The notes under the pieces were generated by a model, which was given only the letters and a program-made list of their open reading frames with translations, made no database searches and had not been told where the DNA came from. A stretch of DNA of 39,472 nucleotides from Meiothermus sp. (GTDB taxonomy: Bacteria; Deinococcota; Deinococci; Deinococcales; Thermaceae). The stretch spans positions 1 to 39,472 of the forward strand of contig JANRLD010000003.1 of assembly GCA_033762915.1 (NCBI GenBank). Reading direction: 5' to 3'. A program made the translations under genes and the position numbers. Positions 27,879-38,489 of the stretch are shown here, piece after piece; the first letter of the stretch is position 1; every line of letters starts with the position of its first letter.

Positions 27879-27999
27879 ACCGGTCTTGCCCACCCCACAG
27901 CTGCACAGGCCGGAAAGATTGGCAATCCCTCAGGCTGAACCCCTGCCCGGGTGATCTGGGCGCAGGAGCTCCTCAGCGCGTCCCGATGCCCACCGTGGT

Positions 28000-28974
28000 T
28001 CAGGCGGTCCCGAACTTAAGCCCCAACTGCCGCAGCCACGTCCGGTAGGCGATCGCCACCCGGTCGGAGCGCAGGTGCAGCTCGGCCTGGAGGTCGAGGG
28101 GCAGGAGCTCGGGGCGCTGAGACTCCACGATGGCGCGGTCCTCCTCGAAGATCTGGGCAATGCGGGGGGTGTAGTCGCGCTCGAGCAGCTCCCCGTCGGT
28201 CACCGCTGTGGTGGCCACCACGAACCAGCCGGTGCTGTCGAGCTCGCCGTGCGGGGTGACGACCAGCATCATCCCGTTCGTGGCGGTGGGCATGTGCTTG
28301 GTGAAGTGACCGGTCAGTGGGCGGAAGGCGTGGTAGGTGTAGGTGACCCGCCCAGCGCTGCCGCCGAAGGGGTCGGGCTGGTAGACCGCGATGGGGTCGG
28401 ACTCCACCCCGCGCTCGGTGATGCGCACCTCGAACTCGCCCAGCTCGGGGTGCCTGGGGTCGCCCAGCACCCCCTCGTGGACGAAAGGAAAGTGGGCCGC
28501 ATCGAGGTAGTTCTCGATCAGCCGGGGGCCGTGGGCGCGGATGTGCTCGAAGGGGCCGCACACCGCCTTGCCCATGTCCGGGCGCTCCCACTCGGGAAAG
28601 GGCGGGATGTCGTTGGCCGGAGTGCCCAGACAGGCCCAGATCAGGCCGTAGCGTTCCCGGGCCAGGTACTTCCTGACCGCCGCCCTGGCAGGGGGCGTCT
28701 GCGCGGGGTGGGCCGGCATCAGCACACAGCGCCCCTCGAGGTCGTAGGTCCAGCCGTGGTAGGGGCACCTCAGGCGATCGCCGCGAAACTCGCCCAGCGA
28801 AAGCTTGGCCCCCCGGTGGATGCAGAGGTCCTGCCAGACGTGGTACTGACCGCCCCGCTCGAACACCACGATATCCTCGCCCAGCAGCCGCGTGCCGATG
28901 AGGGGCTTGTGCCGTAGCTGCTTGATGGCGGCCACCGGGTGCCAGTCGTTGAGCAAAACCGGGTCGTCGATCAT
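28000..28974 (-). CDS. Rieske non-heme iron oxygenase alpha subunit (VanA/NdmA-like demethylase group)
   Basis: CIHRG...CPYHGW Rieske motif; ENYLDAAHFPFVH and ED mononuclear Fe ligands. Confidence 0.9.
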   Translation of the reverse strand: MIDDPVLLNDWHPVAAIKQLRHKPLIGTRLLGEDIVVFERGGQYHVWQDLCIHRGAKLSLGEFRGDRLRCPYHGWTYDLEGRCVLMPAHPAQTPPARAAVRKYLARERYGLIWACLGTPANDIPPFPEWERPDMGKAVCGPFEHIRAHGPRLIENYLDAAHFPFVHEGVLGDPRHPELGEFEVRITERGVESDPIAVYQPDPFGGSAGRVTYTYHAFRPLTGHFTKHMPTATNGMMLVVTPHGELDSTGWFVVATTAVTDGELLERDYTPRIAQIFEEDRAIVESQRPELLPLDLQAELHLRSDRVAIAYRTWLRQLGLKFGTA

Positions 28975-29516
28975 GCCAGCCCCCTCTGCATCCGGTGGTC
29001 CTGGAACGCCACCGGGCCTACCCAAACTTCCTGCCTTCCCACCACCTCAAAGCCGTACTTGCGGTAGAAACGCACCGCCCTGGGGTTCTCCTCCCAGACC
29101 AGCAGCCAGACCGTCCCGAACCCCTTTGCCCTGGCCCACTCGAGTCCGGCCCCCATCAGCCCTCCGGCCAAGCCGGTGCCGTGAAAGCCCTTGTCCACGT
29201 AAAACTTGGCGATCTCCACCGCGCCGTCCGCCCCCTCGAGCTTCACAAACCCGGCCGCTACCCCCCCGGCCTCAGCCAGCAAATAGTGCGCCTTTCCCTC
29301 GGCGATCTTAGCGGCGAAGACCTCCGGGCTGAGGGCCGTCTCGAGGTGCGCCTGCAGAACCGGCCCCGGCAGCTGGGCGCCGTAGGTCTCGGCAAAAACC
29401 CGCCGACCCAGGGCCGCGAGGACTGGGGCGTCCCCGACGGCCGCAGCCCGAATCACCACCGGCATATTCCCTAATGGGGCCAGGGTCTGCTCGAGGCTTT
29501 CGCGTTCGTGGTCCAT
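28971..29516 (-). CDS. GNAT N-acetyltransferase (PaiA-like)
   Basis: FHGTGLAG, WLLVWEENPRAVRFYRKYGF; ATGA coupling to the Rieske gene. Confidence 0.88.
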   Translation of the reverse strand: MDHERESLEQTLAPLGNMPVVIRAAAVGDAPVLAALGRRVFAETYGAQLPGPVLQAHLETALSPEVFAAKIAEGKAHYLLAEAGGVAAGFVKLEGADGAVEIAKFYVDKGFHGTGLAGGLMGAGLEWARAKGFGTVWLLVWEENPRAVRFYRKYGFEVVGRQEVWVGPVAFQDHRMQRGLA

Positions 29517-29608
29517 CACACCCCCGCGGTCTGGAGTTGGGCCGCGCCGGCCCGCCGCACAACCTCTGTCCCGGTGCTGTTCCTGGCCCCTGAACCCCGC
29601 CTCATTCC

Positions 29609-29641
29609 GGGTTGTGTATACAACCCCAGAGGTTATAGAGT
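29609..29641 (+). promoter_or_regulatory. HutC-like palindromic operator and leaderless -10 of hutH
   Basis: GGGTTGTGTATACAACCC (29609-29626); TAGAGT 29636-29641, five nt before ATG 29647. Confidence 0.65.
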
Positions 29642-29646
29642 CAAGC

Positions 29647-31167
<1,521 letters not shown>

Positions 31168-31227
31168 GGGACCTCGCACGCCGCGTGGCCCTGCAGGACA
31201 GCGAAACCGCGCGCCGGACCGGCCCAT

Positions 31228-31270
31228 CTCATGTCCAGCTAAGCTCAGGCTCAGGCGGGCGGGGCACCCT
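31228..31270 (+). promoter_or_regulatory. Phased-box promoter for the GH1-RmlD gene
   Basis: CTCA 31228, CTAA 31239, CTCA 31250, 11-nt gap, CACCCT 31265-31270, ATG 7 nt later. Confidence 0.7.
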
Positions 31271-31277
31271 GCCCGCC

Positions 31278-33485
31278 ATGAGCGTGTTCGCACCTGCCCA
31301 GGAACAGGACCACCCCTCCGCCCCGACTCTGGAGGTGTGGGGCGGGGTCGAGTGCACCATTAACCGGGTGGGGGATCGGTACCACAACCAGCTCGAGAAG
31401 AGCGGCCACCTCCACCGGCCCCACGACCTGCGGCGTTTTGCCGAGTTGGGCATCGCCGCCCTGCGCTACCCAGTGCTGTGGGAAATGGTGGCCCCCGAGG
31501 GCCTTGACCGCGCCGACTGGACTTGGGCCGACGAGCGGCTGGGCCTGCTGCGCGAGCTGGGCCTGCGCCCCATAGTCACCCTGGTACACCACGGCAGCGG
31601 CCCCCGCCACACCGACCTCCTCGACCCCCGCTTCCCTGAAAAGCTTGCCGAGTACGCCCAGGCCGTGGCCGAGCGCTACCCCTGGCTCACCGACTACACC
31701 CCGGTCAACGAGCCGCTCACCACCGCGCGCTTCAGCGGCCTTTACGGCCACTGGTATCCGCACCGACGCGGCGCGGCCGCCATGCACCTTATGCTGCTAA
31801 ACGAGGTGCGCGGCACCGCCCTCGGGATGCGAGCGGTGCGGCGCGTGAACCCCCGGGCACGGCTGATCCAAACCGAGGACATCGGCAAGACCTACTCCAC
31901 CCCAGCGCTGGCCTACCAGGCCGCCTACGAGAACATTCGCCGCTGGCGGAGCCTCGACCTGCTAACCGGGCGGCTGCAAGAAGGCGACCGGATGGGGGGG
32001 GAGCTGCGCGGGCTGGGCCTGTGGGGCGAGGCCGAGCGCATCTTGGCCGAGCCCTGCCCACCCGACGTGGTGGGCCTCAATTACTACGTGGCGGGCGAGC
32101 GCTTTCTCGACGAGCGGCTCGAGCACTACCCCCGTTCCACCCACGGCGGCAACGGGCGCGACCGCTACGCCGACGTGGAGGCGGTTCGGGTACGGGCGGA
32201 GGGCATCGCGGGAGCCGGGGCGTTGCTGAACGAGGCCTGGGAGCGTTACCGGCTGCCGCTGGCCATCACCGAGGCCCACCTGGGGTGCACGCGGGAAGAG
32301 CAGCTGCGATGGCTGGCCGAAGTCCACGCCGAGGCCCAGGCGGCGCGGGAGGGGGGCGCGGACGTGCGCGCCGTCACGGCCTGGTCGCTGCTGGGGGCCT
32401 ACGACTGGAACAGCCTGCTCACCCGCCTCGAGGGCCACTACGAGCCCGGCGCCTTCGACCTGCGCGGCGGCGAGCCCCGACCCACCGCACTGGCCGGGCT
32501 GGTACGCGAGCTGGCAACCACAGGCCGCTCGAGCCACCCCGTGCTGGCCGGCCCCGGCTGGTGGCGCCGACCCGAGCGGCTGCTTTACCCCCCTTCGGGC
32601 CAACAAGCCCCGCAGCCTCGGCCCAGGCCCCAGGCCCGCCCCGTTCTTATCACCGGGGCCAGCGGCACCCTGGGCAGGGCCTTCGCCCGCCTCTGCGCGA
32701 GGCGGGGCCTCGAGCACGTCCAGACCACCCGGGCCGAACTCGACATCGCCGACCCTGGGGCGGTGCGCGAGGCGCTCGAGGGACTGAAGCCCTGGGCGGT
32801 GGTCAACGCAGCGGGCTACATGCGGCCGGAGCGGGCCGAGCAGGACGCCGAGCGCTGCCGGCGCGAGAACCTGACCGGTGCCGCGACCCTGGCCGGCGCG
32901 GCCGCGAAGCACGGGGCGCGGTTCTTAACCTTCTCGACCGACCTGGTCTTTGACGGCGAGAAAGAGGGGGCCTACCTCGAGGCCGACCCCACCAACCCCC
33001 TCAACGTGTACGGCCAGACCAAAGCCGCCGCCGAGCGGGCGGTAGCCGAGCGCAACCCCGAGGCCCTGACCGTTCGCAGCAGCGCCTTCTTCGGCCCCTG
33101 GGACCGGCACAACTTCGTGGCCCAAGCGCTGCTGGCCTTCGCTGAGGGGCGGCCTTTCGCCGCTTCGGGCCGCACCGTCTCGCCCACCTACGTGCCCCAC
33201 CTGGTGGAGGCCTGCCTCGACCTATTGCTCGACGGCGAGTCGGGCCTGTGGCACCTGGCCAACCAGGGCGAGGCCTCCTGGAACGCCCTGGCCCACCGGG
33301 CCGCCGAGATGGCCGGCCTGCGGCCCCGGGTGGTCGAGGCCGGGGGCGGCGCGCCCATGCCCCTGCGTAGCCCGCTGGGGAGCTCTCGGGGAGTGCTGTT
33401 GCCCAGCCTCGAGGCCGGCCTGGAGGCCTTCTTCGACGACGGCGGGGCGCAGCGGGCGGTGCAGCTCAGCGGAGTGGGCCAGTAG
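31278..33485 (+). CDS. GH1-like glycoside hydrolase fused to an RmlD-like (dTDP-4-dehydrorhamnose reductase) SDR domain
   Basis: WGGVECT, TPVNEP, ITE; then GASGTLG, STDLVFDG, YGQTK. Confidence 0.88.
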   Translation: MSVFAPAQEQDHPSAPTLEVWGGVECTINRVGDRYHNQLEKSGHLHRPHDLRRFAELGIAALRYPVLWEMVAPEGLDRADWTWADERLGLLRELGLRPIVTLVHHGSGPRHTDLLDPRFPEKLAEYAQAVAERYPWLTDYTPVNEPLTTARFSGLYGHWYPHRRGAAAMHLMLLNEVRGTALGMRAVRRVNPRARLIQTEDIGKTYSTPALAYQAAYENIRRWRSLDLLTGRLQEGDRMGGELRGLGLWGEAERILAEPCPPDVVGLNYYVAGERFLDERLEHYPRSTHGGNGRDRYADVEAVRVRAEGIAGAGALLNEAWERYRLPLAITEAHLGCTREEQLRWLAEVHAEAQAAREGGADVRAVTAWSLLGAYDWNSLLTRLEGHYEPGAFDLRGGEPRPTALAGLVRELATTGRSSHPVLAGPGWWRRPERLLYPPSGQQAPQPRPRPQARPVLITGASGTLGRAFARLCARRGLEHVQTTRAELDIADPGAVREALEGLKPWAVVNAAGYMRPERAEQDAERCRRENLTGAATLAGAAAKHGARFLTFSTDLVFDGEKEGAYLEADPTNPLNVYGQTKAAAERAVAERNPEALTVRSSAFFGPWDRHNFVAQALLAFAEGRPFAASGRTVSPTYVPHLVEACLDLLLDGESGLWHLANQGEASWNALAHRAAEMAGLRPRVVEAGGGAPMPLRSPLGSSRGVLLPSLEAGLEAFFDDGGAQRAVQLSGVGQ

Positions 33486-33528
33486 CAACTTGACATTCTT
33501 CCACCCGGTCTGCCTTTAGACTGGCCGT

Positions 33529-34356
33529 GTGATCAAGCTTGTTGCCTTGGACTTGGACGGAACTTTCTACGCCGGAAAAACCCTGGGGGTGCCGGAGTCG
33601 GCCTGGGCCTCGATCGAACGGGGACGCGAGGCCGGGCTTAAGTTCGCCGTATGCACCGGCCGGCCGCAGGGCGGGCATGCCCTCGAGTACGCCCAGCGCC
33701 TCGAGCCTTCTGGCCCCCACGTCTTCAACGACGGGGCCTCGGTCTGCGACGCCTGGGGCCGACCCCTGCACGCCGAGCCCCTGCCCAACCTCGATCGCCT
33801 GATCGCCCTGGCCCGCCTCCACGGCCTCCCCTTCGACCTAATGGGCGCGGAGTGCGGCCGCTACTACGAGCGCGAGCTGATGCCGGCCGAGCTGCTCAGC
33901 CACATCGAGATGACCGGGGCGAACGCGGTGGATCAGCGCTTCGAAACCATCCGCGAGACCCTGGTTCGGCTGTGGTTTGTGGTGAGCGACGTGGGCCTGT
34001 GGGAGAGCGTGCGGCCCCAGTTCGACCCCATCCCCGACATCGACCTCGCCGAGTACATCAGCCCCCGCGAGGTGGTGACGGGCGTTATCCGCAAGGGCGT
34101 CTCCAAGTCCAGCGGCCTGAGCTGGCTGGCCAACCACTACGGCATAAAGGTCTCCGAAATCGCCATGATCGGCGACTCCCATAACGACCTCGAGGCCATC
34201 CGCGACGCCGGACTGGGCATCGCCATGGGCAACGGCATCGACGAGATCAAGGCGCTGGCCAAGTACATCACCGGACACGTGGCCGAGGGCGGCTTCGCCG
34301 GGGCCATCGACCACGTCCTCGAGGTGAACCGGGGTGTGCTGGCGGGTGGCAGGTAG
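33529..34356 (+). CDS. Cof-type HAD-IIB hydrolase
   Basis: DLDGT, CTGR, K, GDSHND motifs; leaderless TAGACT -10. Confidence 0.92.
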   Translation: MIKLVALDLDGTFYAGKTLGVPESAWASIERGREAGLKFAVCTGRPQGGHALEYAQRLEPSGPHVFNDGASVCDAWGRPLHAEPLPNLDRLIALARLHGLPFDLMGAECGRYYERELMPAELLSHIEMTGANAVDQRFETIRETLVRLWFVVSDVGLWESVRPQFDPIPDIDLAEYISPREVVTGVIRKGVSKSSGLSWLANHYGIKVSEIAMIGDSHNDLEAIRDAGLGIAMGNGIDEIKALAKYITGHVAEGGFAGAIDHVLEVNRGVLAGGR

Positions 34357-34398
34357 CGATGAGCCGTGAGCAATGAGCAATGAGCAGTAAGCGATGAG
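34357..34398 (+). repeat. Six 7-bp tandem repeats starting right after the stop codon
   Basis: CGATGAG CCGTGAG CAATGAG CAATGAG CAGTAAG CGATGAG. Confidence 0.75.
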
Positions 34399-34456
34399 CC
34401 ATCCACAGATCGCTTTCAGCCGTCAGCAAACCCAAAACCCAACTAACCAAAACCGT

Positions 34457-34483
34457 TGTCATCCTGAGCGGAGCGAAGGATCT
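34457..34483 (+). repeat. GTCATCCTGAGC-type REP-like motif
   Basis: TGTCATCCTGAGCGGAGCGAAGGATCT, a widespread intergenic repeat type. Confidence 0.6.
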
Positions 34484-34621
34484 ACGGAGGGCGACCGGGT
34501 CGATAACATCATGTTGGCGTTGACGGTCTTTTATGGCCGGAAGAGTGGAGGATGGCTCGAGGCGGTCGGTGTTGTTCACGCAGTGTTCAACGGTTTGGCT
34601 CGAGGAATGCTCACCTTGTTT

Positions 34622-34645
34622 GGACGCACGGCCGTGCGTCCCTAC
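34622..34645 (-). repeat. GTAG-family REP
   Basis: Minus strand GTAG-GGACGCACGG-CCGTGCGTCC: GTAG foot plus a perfect palindrome. Confidence 0.7.
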
Positions 34646-34853
34646 GGGTTTGGGTGCTATGCGCTGCAAGTCCTGGGGGTGGGGTTGCCTTTGGCTCGGC
34701 TGTTACCTCAAAGGTGTGTCGGTTTGTAGGGGTGCGGTAGTGTCTCGGTTCCAGACTGCCCGCCGTCCCAGCATGGATGAGTACCGTATGGAGCCCAAAC
34801 CTTTGTGACCAGCAGATGTTTTCATCGAGTTCTGCACGGCTACACTTCGTCCA

Positions 34854-35954
34854 ATGGACATCTACACCCGCATCGCAGAGCTCAGAAGTCAGGGCGAGAG
34901 CTTTGCCGTGGCGACGGTGGTTGCGCGTCAGGCCCCGGTATCCTCGCACCTGGGCGACAAGGCCATCGTGTTCGAGGACGGGCGCTTCGAGGGCTACGTG
35001 GGCGGCAGTTGCAGCCGCGAGATCGTGCGCAAGCAGGGCCTCGAGGCCCTCTCCACCGGAAAACCCCGGCTGGTCAAGATCACCCCCGAGGCCGCCGCCC
35101 AGATGGTGCTGGCCAAGGCCGAGGAGGTGGTCATCCCCATGACCTGCGCCTCCGAGGGCGCGGTGGACGTGTACATCGAGCCGATGGTGGGCAAGGCCCA
35201 CCTGCTCATCGTCGGAGCTTCGCAAATCGCCCTCACCACCGCCAAGGTGGCGGCCCAGATGAACTTCATGGTCAGCCTGGCCTGCGACGCGCCGGAACTG
35301 GCCGGGGTGGCCCCGGAGTCCGAGATCAGCGTGATGGACTGGCGCGAGGTCGGGGCTTGGGCCGCCGCCCACAGCCCCTCGAGGCTTCACGTGCTGCTGG
35401 CCTCGCAGGGCCACTACGACGAGGACGCACTGGTTCTGCTCTCCAAGCTCCCCACGCCCGCCTACTTGGGCCTGGTGGCCAGCCGCAAGCGCGGCCAGAC
35501 CGTGCTGGACAACCTCGAGGTGCTGGGCGTGCCCAAGGGCGCCTTCCCCACCCTCAAGTACCCCGCCGGGCTGGACCTGGGCGCCAAGCACCGCGACGAG
35601 GTTGCGGTCTCGATCTTGGCCGAGATCGTGATGTTGCGCAGGGCTGGGAAGCAGGTGGAGAGGGAAAAGGTCCAGACCTCGGCAGCTCAGCCCCTGGCCA
35701 CCAGCCCAGAAGCCCTGAGCCTCGAGGTGGTCCAGACCGTTCAAACCGCCCTGTCCGAACTCGCCCCCTCCCCCCCTATCCCCCCCTCTCCCCCTCCCGG
35801 CACTGCCGTAGACCCCACCAGCGGCGAGCTGCTCGACATCGAGAAGGCGGTCAGCGCGGAGTACGAGGGACAGACCTATTATTTCAGTTGCCCCAACTGC
35901 CGGGCCAAGTTCCTCAGGAACCCGCAAAAGTACCTGGGCAAAGGAAGCGCATGA
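34854..35954 (+). CDS. XdhC/CoxF-type molybdoenzyme maturation factor with C-terminal YHS domain
   Basis: GYVGGSC, MTCASEG, YLGLVASRKR, PAGLDLGA, EVAVSILAEI; DP..G...YEGQTYYFSCPNC. Confidence 0.88.
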   Translation: MDIYTRIAELRSQGESFAVATVVARQAPVSSHLGDKAIVFEDGRFEGYVGGSCSREIVRKQGLEALSTGKPRLVKITPEAAAQMVLAKAEEVVIPMTCASEGAVDVYIEPMVGKAHLLIVGASQIALTTAKVAAQMNFMVSLACDAPELAGVAPESEISVMDWREVGAWAAAHSPSRLHVLLASQGHYDEDALVLLSKLPTPAYLGLVASRKRGQTVLDNLEVLGVPKGAFPTLKYPAGLDLGAKHRDEVAVSILAEIVMLRRAGKQVEREKVQTSAAQPLATSPEALSLEVVQTVQTALSELAPSPPIPPSPPPGTAVDPTSGELLDIEKAVSAEYEGQTYYFSCPNCRAKFLRNPQKYLGKGSA

Positions 35955-36048
35955 GCGGGGCGGCCCTTATGGCCCCCGCTTGGGCGCCAATCCGGCCCAG
36001 TTCGCGCCGTTGCTCGGTTCGCCGCGCATGTCAGGGGGTCGGTTTTTG

Positions 36049-36948
36049 ATGAGCCAGATCGCCGCCACCCCGGCCAATCTAAACTCCATCGAGGGCATCC
36101 AGGAGACCCTACGGGCCAGGGACTACATCGCCGACCTGCCGCTGGCCACCGCCCTGCGGCTGGTGATGGCCCTGCACAAGCCGCTGCTGATCGAGGGGCC
36201 GGCAGGGGTGGGCAAGACCCAGATCGCCAAGACCCTGGCCGAGGTGCTGGACACCCGACTGATCCGCCTGCAGTGCTACGAGGGGCTGGACACCTCGACT
36301 GCGCTCTACGAGTGGAACTACCCCAAGCAGATGCTGCACATCCGCCTGACCGAGGGCCAGAGCAGCGTGGCCCAGCGCGAGGCGGAGATTTTCTCCGAGG
36401 CCTACTTGCTGCGGCGGCCCCTGCTCGAGGCCATCTCGCAGGACAAGCCCCCGGTGCTGCTAATCGACGAGATCGACCGAACCGACGAGGAGTTCGAGGC
36501 CTTCTTGCTCGAGCTGCTGGCCGAGTTCCAGGTCACCATCCCCGAGCTGGGGACGCTCAAGGCCCAACACCGCCCCTACGTGATCCTCACCTCCAACCGC
36601 AGCCGCGAGCTGTCCGACGCCCTCCGGCGGCGCTGCCTCTACCTCTGGCAGAACTACCCCAGCTTCGAGAAGGAGGTTGAGATTGTGCAGGCCAGGGTGC
36701 CTGGCGTTGGCGAGCGCTTGGCCCAGAAGATTGCCCAGGTCATGGCCCACCTGCGCGAGCTGCCGCTCAACAAGGCCCCCGGCGTGGCCGAGAGCCTGGA
36801 CTGGGCCCAGGCCCTGGTCTCGCTGCACCGCGAGCAGCTCGACATGGCCGTGCTGGAGGCCACGCTGGGCGTCATCCTTAAGGACCGCGACGACCTGGAG
36901 CTCATTGAGGCCCACAAACCCGCCCTGCGGGAGCTGGTGCTGCGCTGA
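36049..36948 (+). CDS. MoxR-family AAA ATPase (CoxD-like)
   Basis: EGPAGVGKT, RLQCYEGLD, YEWNY, LLIDEID, LSDALRRRC, PGVAESLDW. Confidence 0.9.
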   Translation: MSQIAATPANLNSIEGIQETLRARDYIADLPLATALRLVMALHKPLLIEGPAGVGKTQIAKTLAEVLDTRLIRLQCYEGLDTSTALYEWNYPKQMLHIRLTEGQSSVAQREAEIFSEAYLLRRPLLEAISQDKPPVLLIDEIDRTDEEFEAFLLELLAEFQVTIPELGTLKAQHRPYVILTSNRSRELSDALRRRCLYLWQNYPSFEKEVEIVQARVPGVGERLAQKIAQVMAHLRELPLNKAPGVAESLDWAQALVSLHREQLDMAVLEATLGVILKDRDDLELIEAHKPALRELVLR

Positions 36949-37001
36949 ATTCTGCCTTGGATTAGTAAGCCGGCAGATTAGGACGTTTAGAATAGGGCGC
37001 G

Positions 37002-37628
37002 ATGTTCTTCTTTCAACTCCTCGCTTCCGACCCCCTGGCCTACCTGGTCGCCCTCGCCGCAGCAGCATTCGGACTGGTCATCCACAACCTGTTTCAGGCC
37101 TGGCTGGCCGACCGTTACAAGGACGGCGACCCCCGACGCTACGGCTTCCTGAGCGTGGAGCCTCGAGTCCACTTCGACGGGCTGGGCCTATTGTTCCTGG
37201 CCCTGCTGGGCTTCGGCTTCCCCCGCACCGTGCCCTTCCGCCTTTACGGCAACAAGGCCGCCCAGGTCGCGCTGATGGGGCCGCTGGGGTTCTTTGCGGC
37301 GGCCTTCGTCTTCATCCTGATCGCCCGCATCATCGACGGCTTCGGCCCCGCTACCGCCAGCCTGGCCGACGGCCTCCAGGTGGCGGGCAGCCTGATGATT
37401 GCCCACGCCGCCGTCTTCTTGTTCCCAGTTCCGCCCCTCGACGGTGCCAGGGTGGTCTACGCCATCGGGAGCCCCGAGGCGCGGCGCTTCATGGATCAGC
37501 TGCAGAGTTATGGCTTTATCGGCTTCTTCCTGATCTTCATGGTCTTAAACCTGACGGGCATCCTAGGCGCGATTCGCAGCGGGCTTTCCGGTCTGCTGAA
37601 CGCGATTTTCAACCTCATCGGGTTGTAG
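37002..37628 (+). CDS. Site-2 protease (M50) homologue with degenerate zinc motif
   Basis: HNLFQ in place of HExxH; PVPPLDG retained. Confidence 0.8.
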   Translation: MFFFQLLASDPLAYLVALAAAAFGLVIHNLFQAWLADRYKDGDPRRYGFLSVEPRVHFDGLGLLFLALLGFGFPRTVPFRLYGNKAAQVALMGPLGFFAAAFVFILIARIIDGFGPATASLADGLQVAGSLMIAHAAVFLFPVPPLDGARVVYAIGSPEARRFMDQLQSYGFIGFFLIFMVLNLTGILGAIRSGLSGLLNAIFNLIGL

Positions 37629-37808
37629 CTTGGGCACAGCGGCGGGCGCAAACAGCGGCAGGTGAGGACCGGTGCCCTCGAGCCCCAGGTGCGCACAAGG
37701 CGCCCCCAACCCGCCCGCACCGGCCGCCGAGGGGAGCCTGAGGCCTTTCTTGCGGTACACCGCTCACCGCTACCCACCCTCTAACCTTCCCCCCGCACAC
37801 TAATCCCA

Positions 37809-38486
37809 ATGGGTCTACTCTCCCTCTTCCAGGACAACCCCGCGATCTTCTTCGTGGTGGTGGTGGTCTTGTTCCTCTCGCTGGCCTTGCACGAGTGGGG
37901 CCACGCCATCTCGGCCCTGTGGATGGGCGACCGCACCGCTCAGATGCAGGGGCGGGTGACGCTCAACCCGCTCAAGCACCTGGACATCCTGGGCGCGGCC
38001 ATGCTGCTCTTGGTGGGGTTCGGCTGGGCCAAGCCGGTGCCGGTCTACCCGCCCAACTTCCGCAACTACCGCGTCGGGCTGTTCGTGGTCTCGATCGCGG
38101 GGATTGTGATCAACCTGATACTGGCCGTGGCCTTCGGGCTGCTGCTGCGGTACCTCTACTTGCAAGACCCCAGGGGCGTGGTGGAGGCCATCAACTCCGG
38201 CTCCCTGGACGCGGCGGGGTTCTGGGCGGTGGTGGCCTTCTACGTGGCCACGGTCAACCTGGCGCTGGCTTTCTTCAACCTGCTGCCCATCCCGCCGCTG
38301 GACGGCTCAAAGATTCTGCAGGCCTTCCTCCCACTCTCCTGGCACCCCTACATCTGGCGCCTCGAGGCCAACCCCACCTACGCGGTAGTGGCGCTGCTGC
38401 TGTTCTTTACGGTGCTGCGCGAGCCAGTACAGCAGTTTTTGGGCCTGGTGCGTGGACAATTTTTCAACATCTTGGGCTTAAGCTGA
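37809..38486 (+). CDS. Site-2 protease (M50) family zinc metalloprotease
   Basis: HEWGH, GRVTLNPLKHLD, FGWAKPV, FNLLPIPPLDG. Confidence 0.92.
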   Translation: MGLLSLFQDNPAIFFVVVVVLFLSLALHEWGHAISALWMGDRTAQMQGRVTLNPLKHLDILGAAMLLLVGFGWAKPVPVYPPNFRNYRVGLFVVSIAGIVINLILAVAFGLLLRYLYLQDPRGVVEAINSGSLDAAGFWAVVAFYVATVNLALAFFNLLPIPPLDGSKILQAFLPLSWHPYIWRLEANPTYAVVALLLFFTVLREPVQQFLGLVRGQFFNILGLS

Positions 38487-38489
38487 GTT

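Noticed and set aside
33490..33522. Canonical TTGACA -35 paired with TAGACT
   Set aside because: The spacer is 21 nt, too long; only the -10 is accepted.
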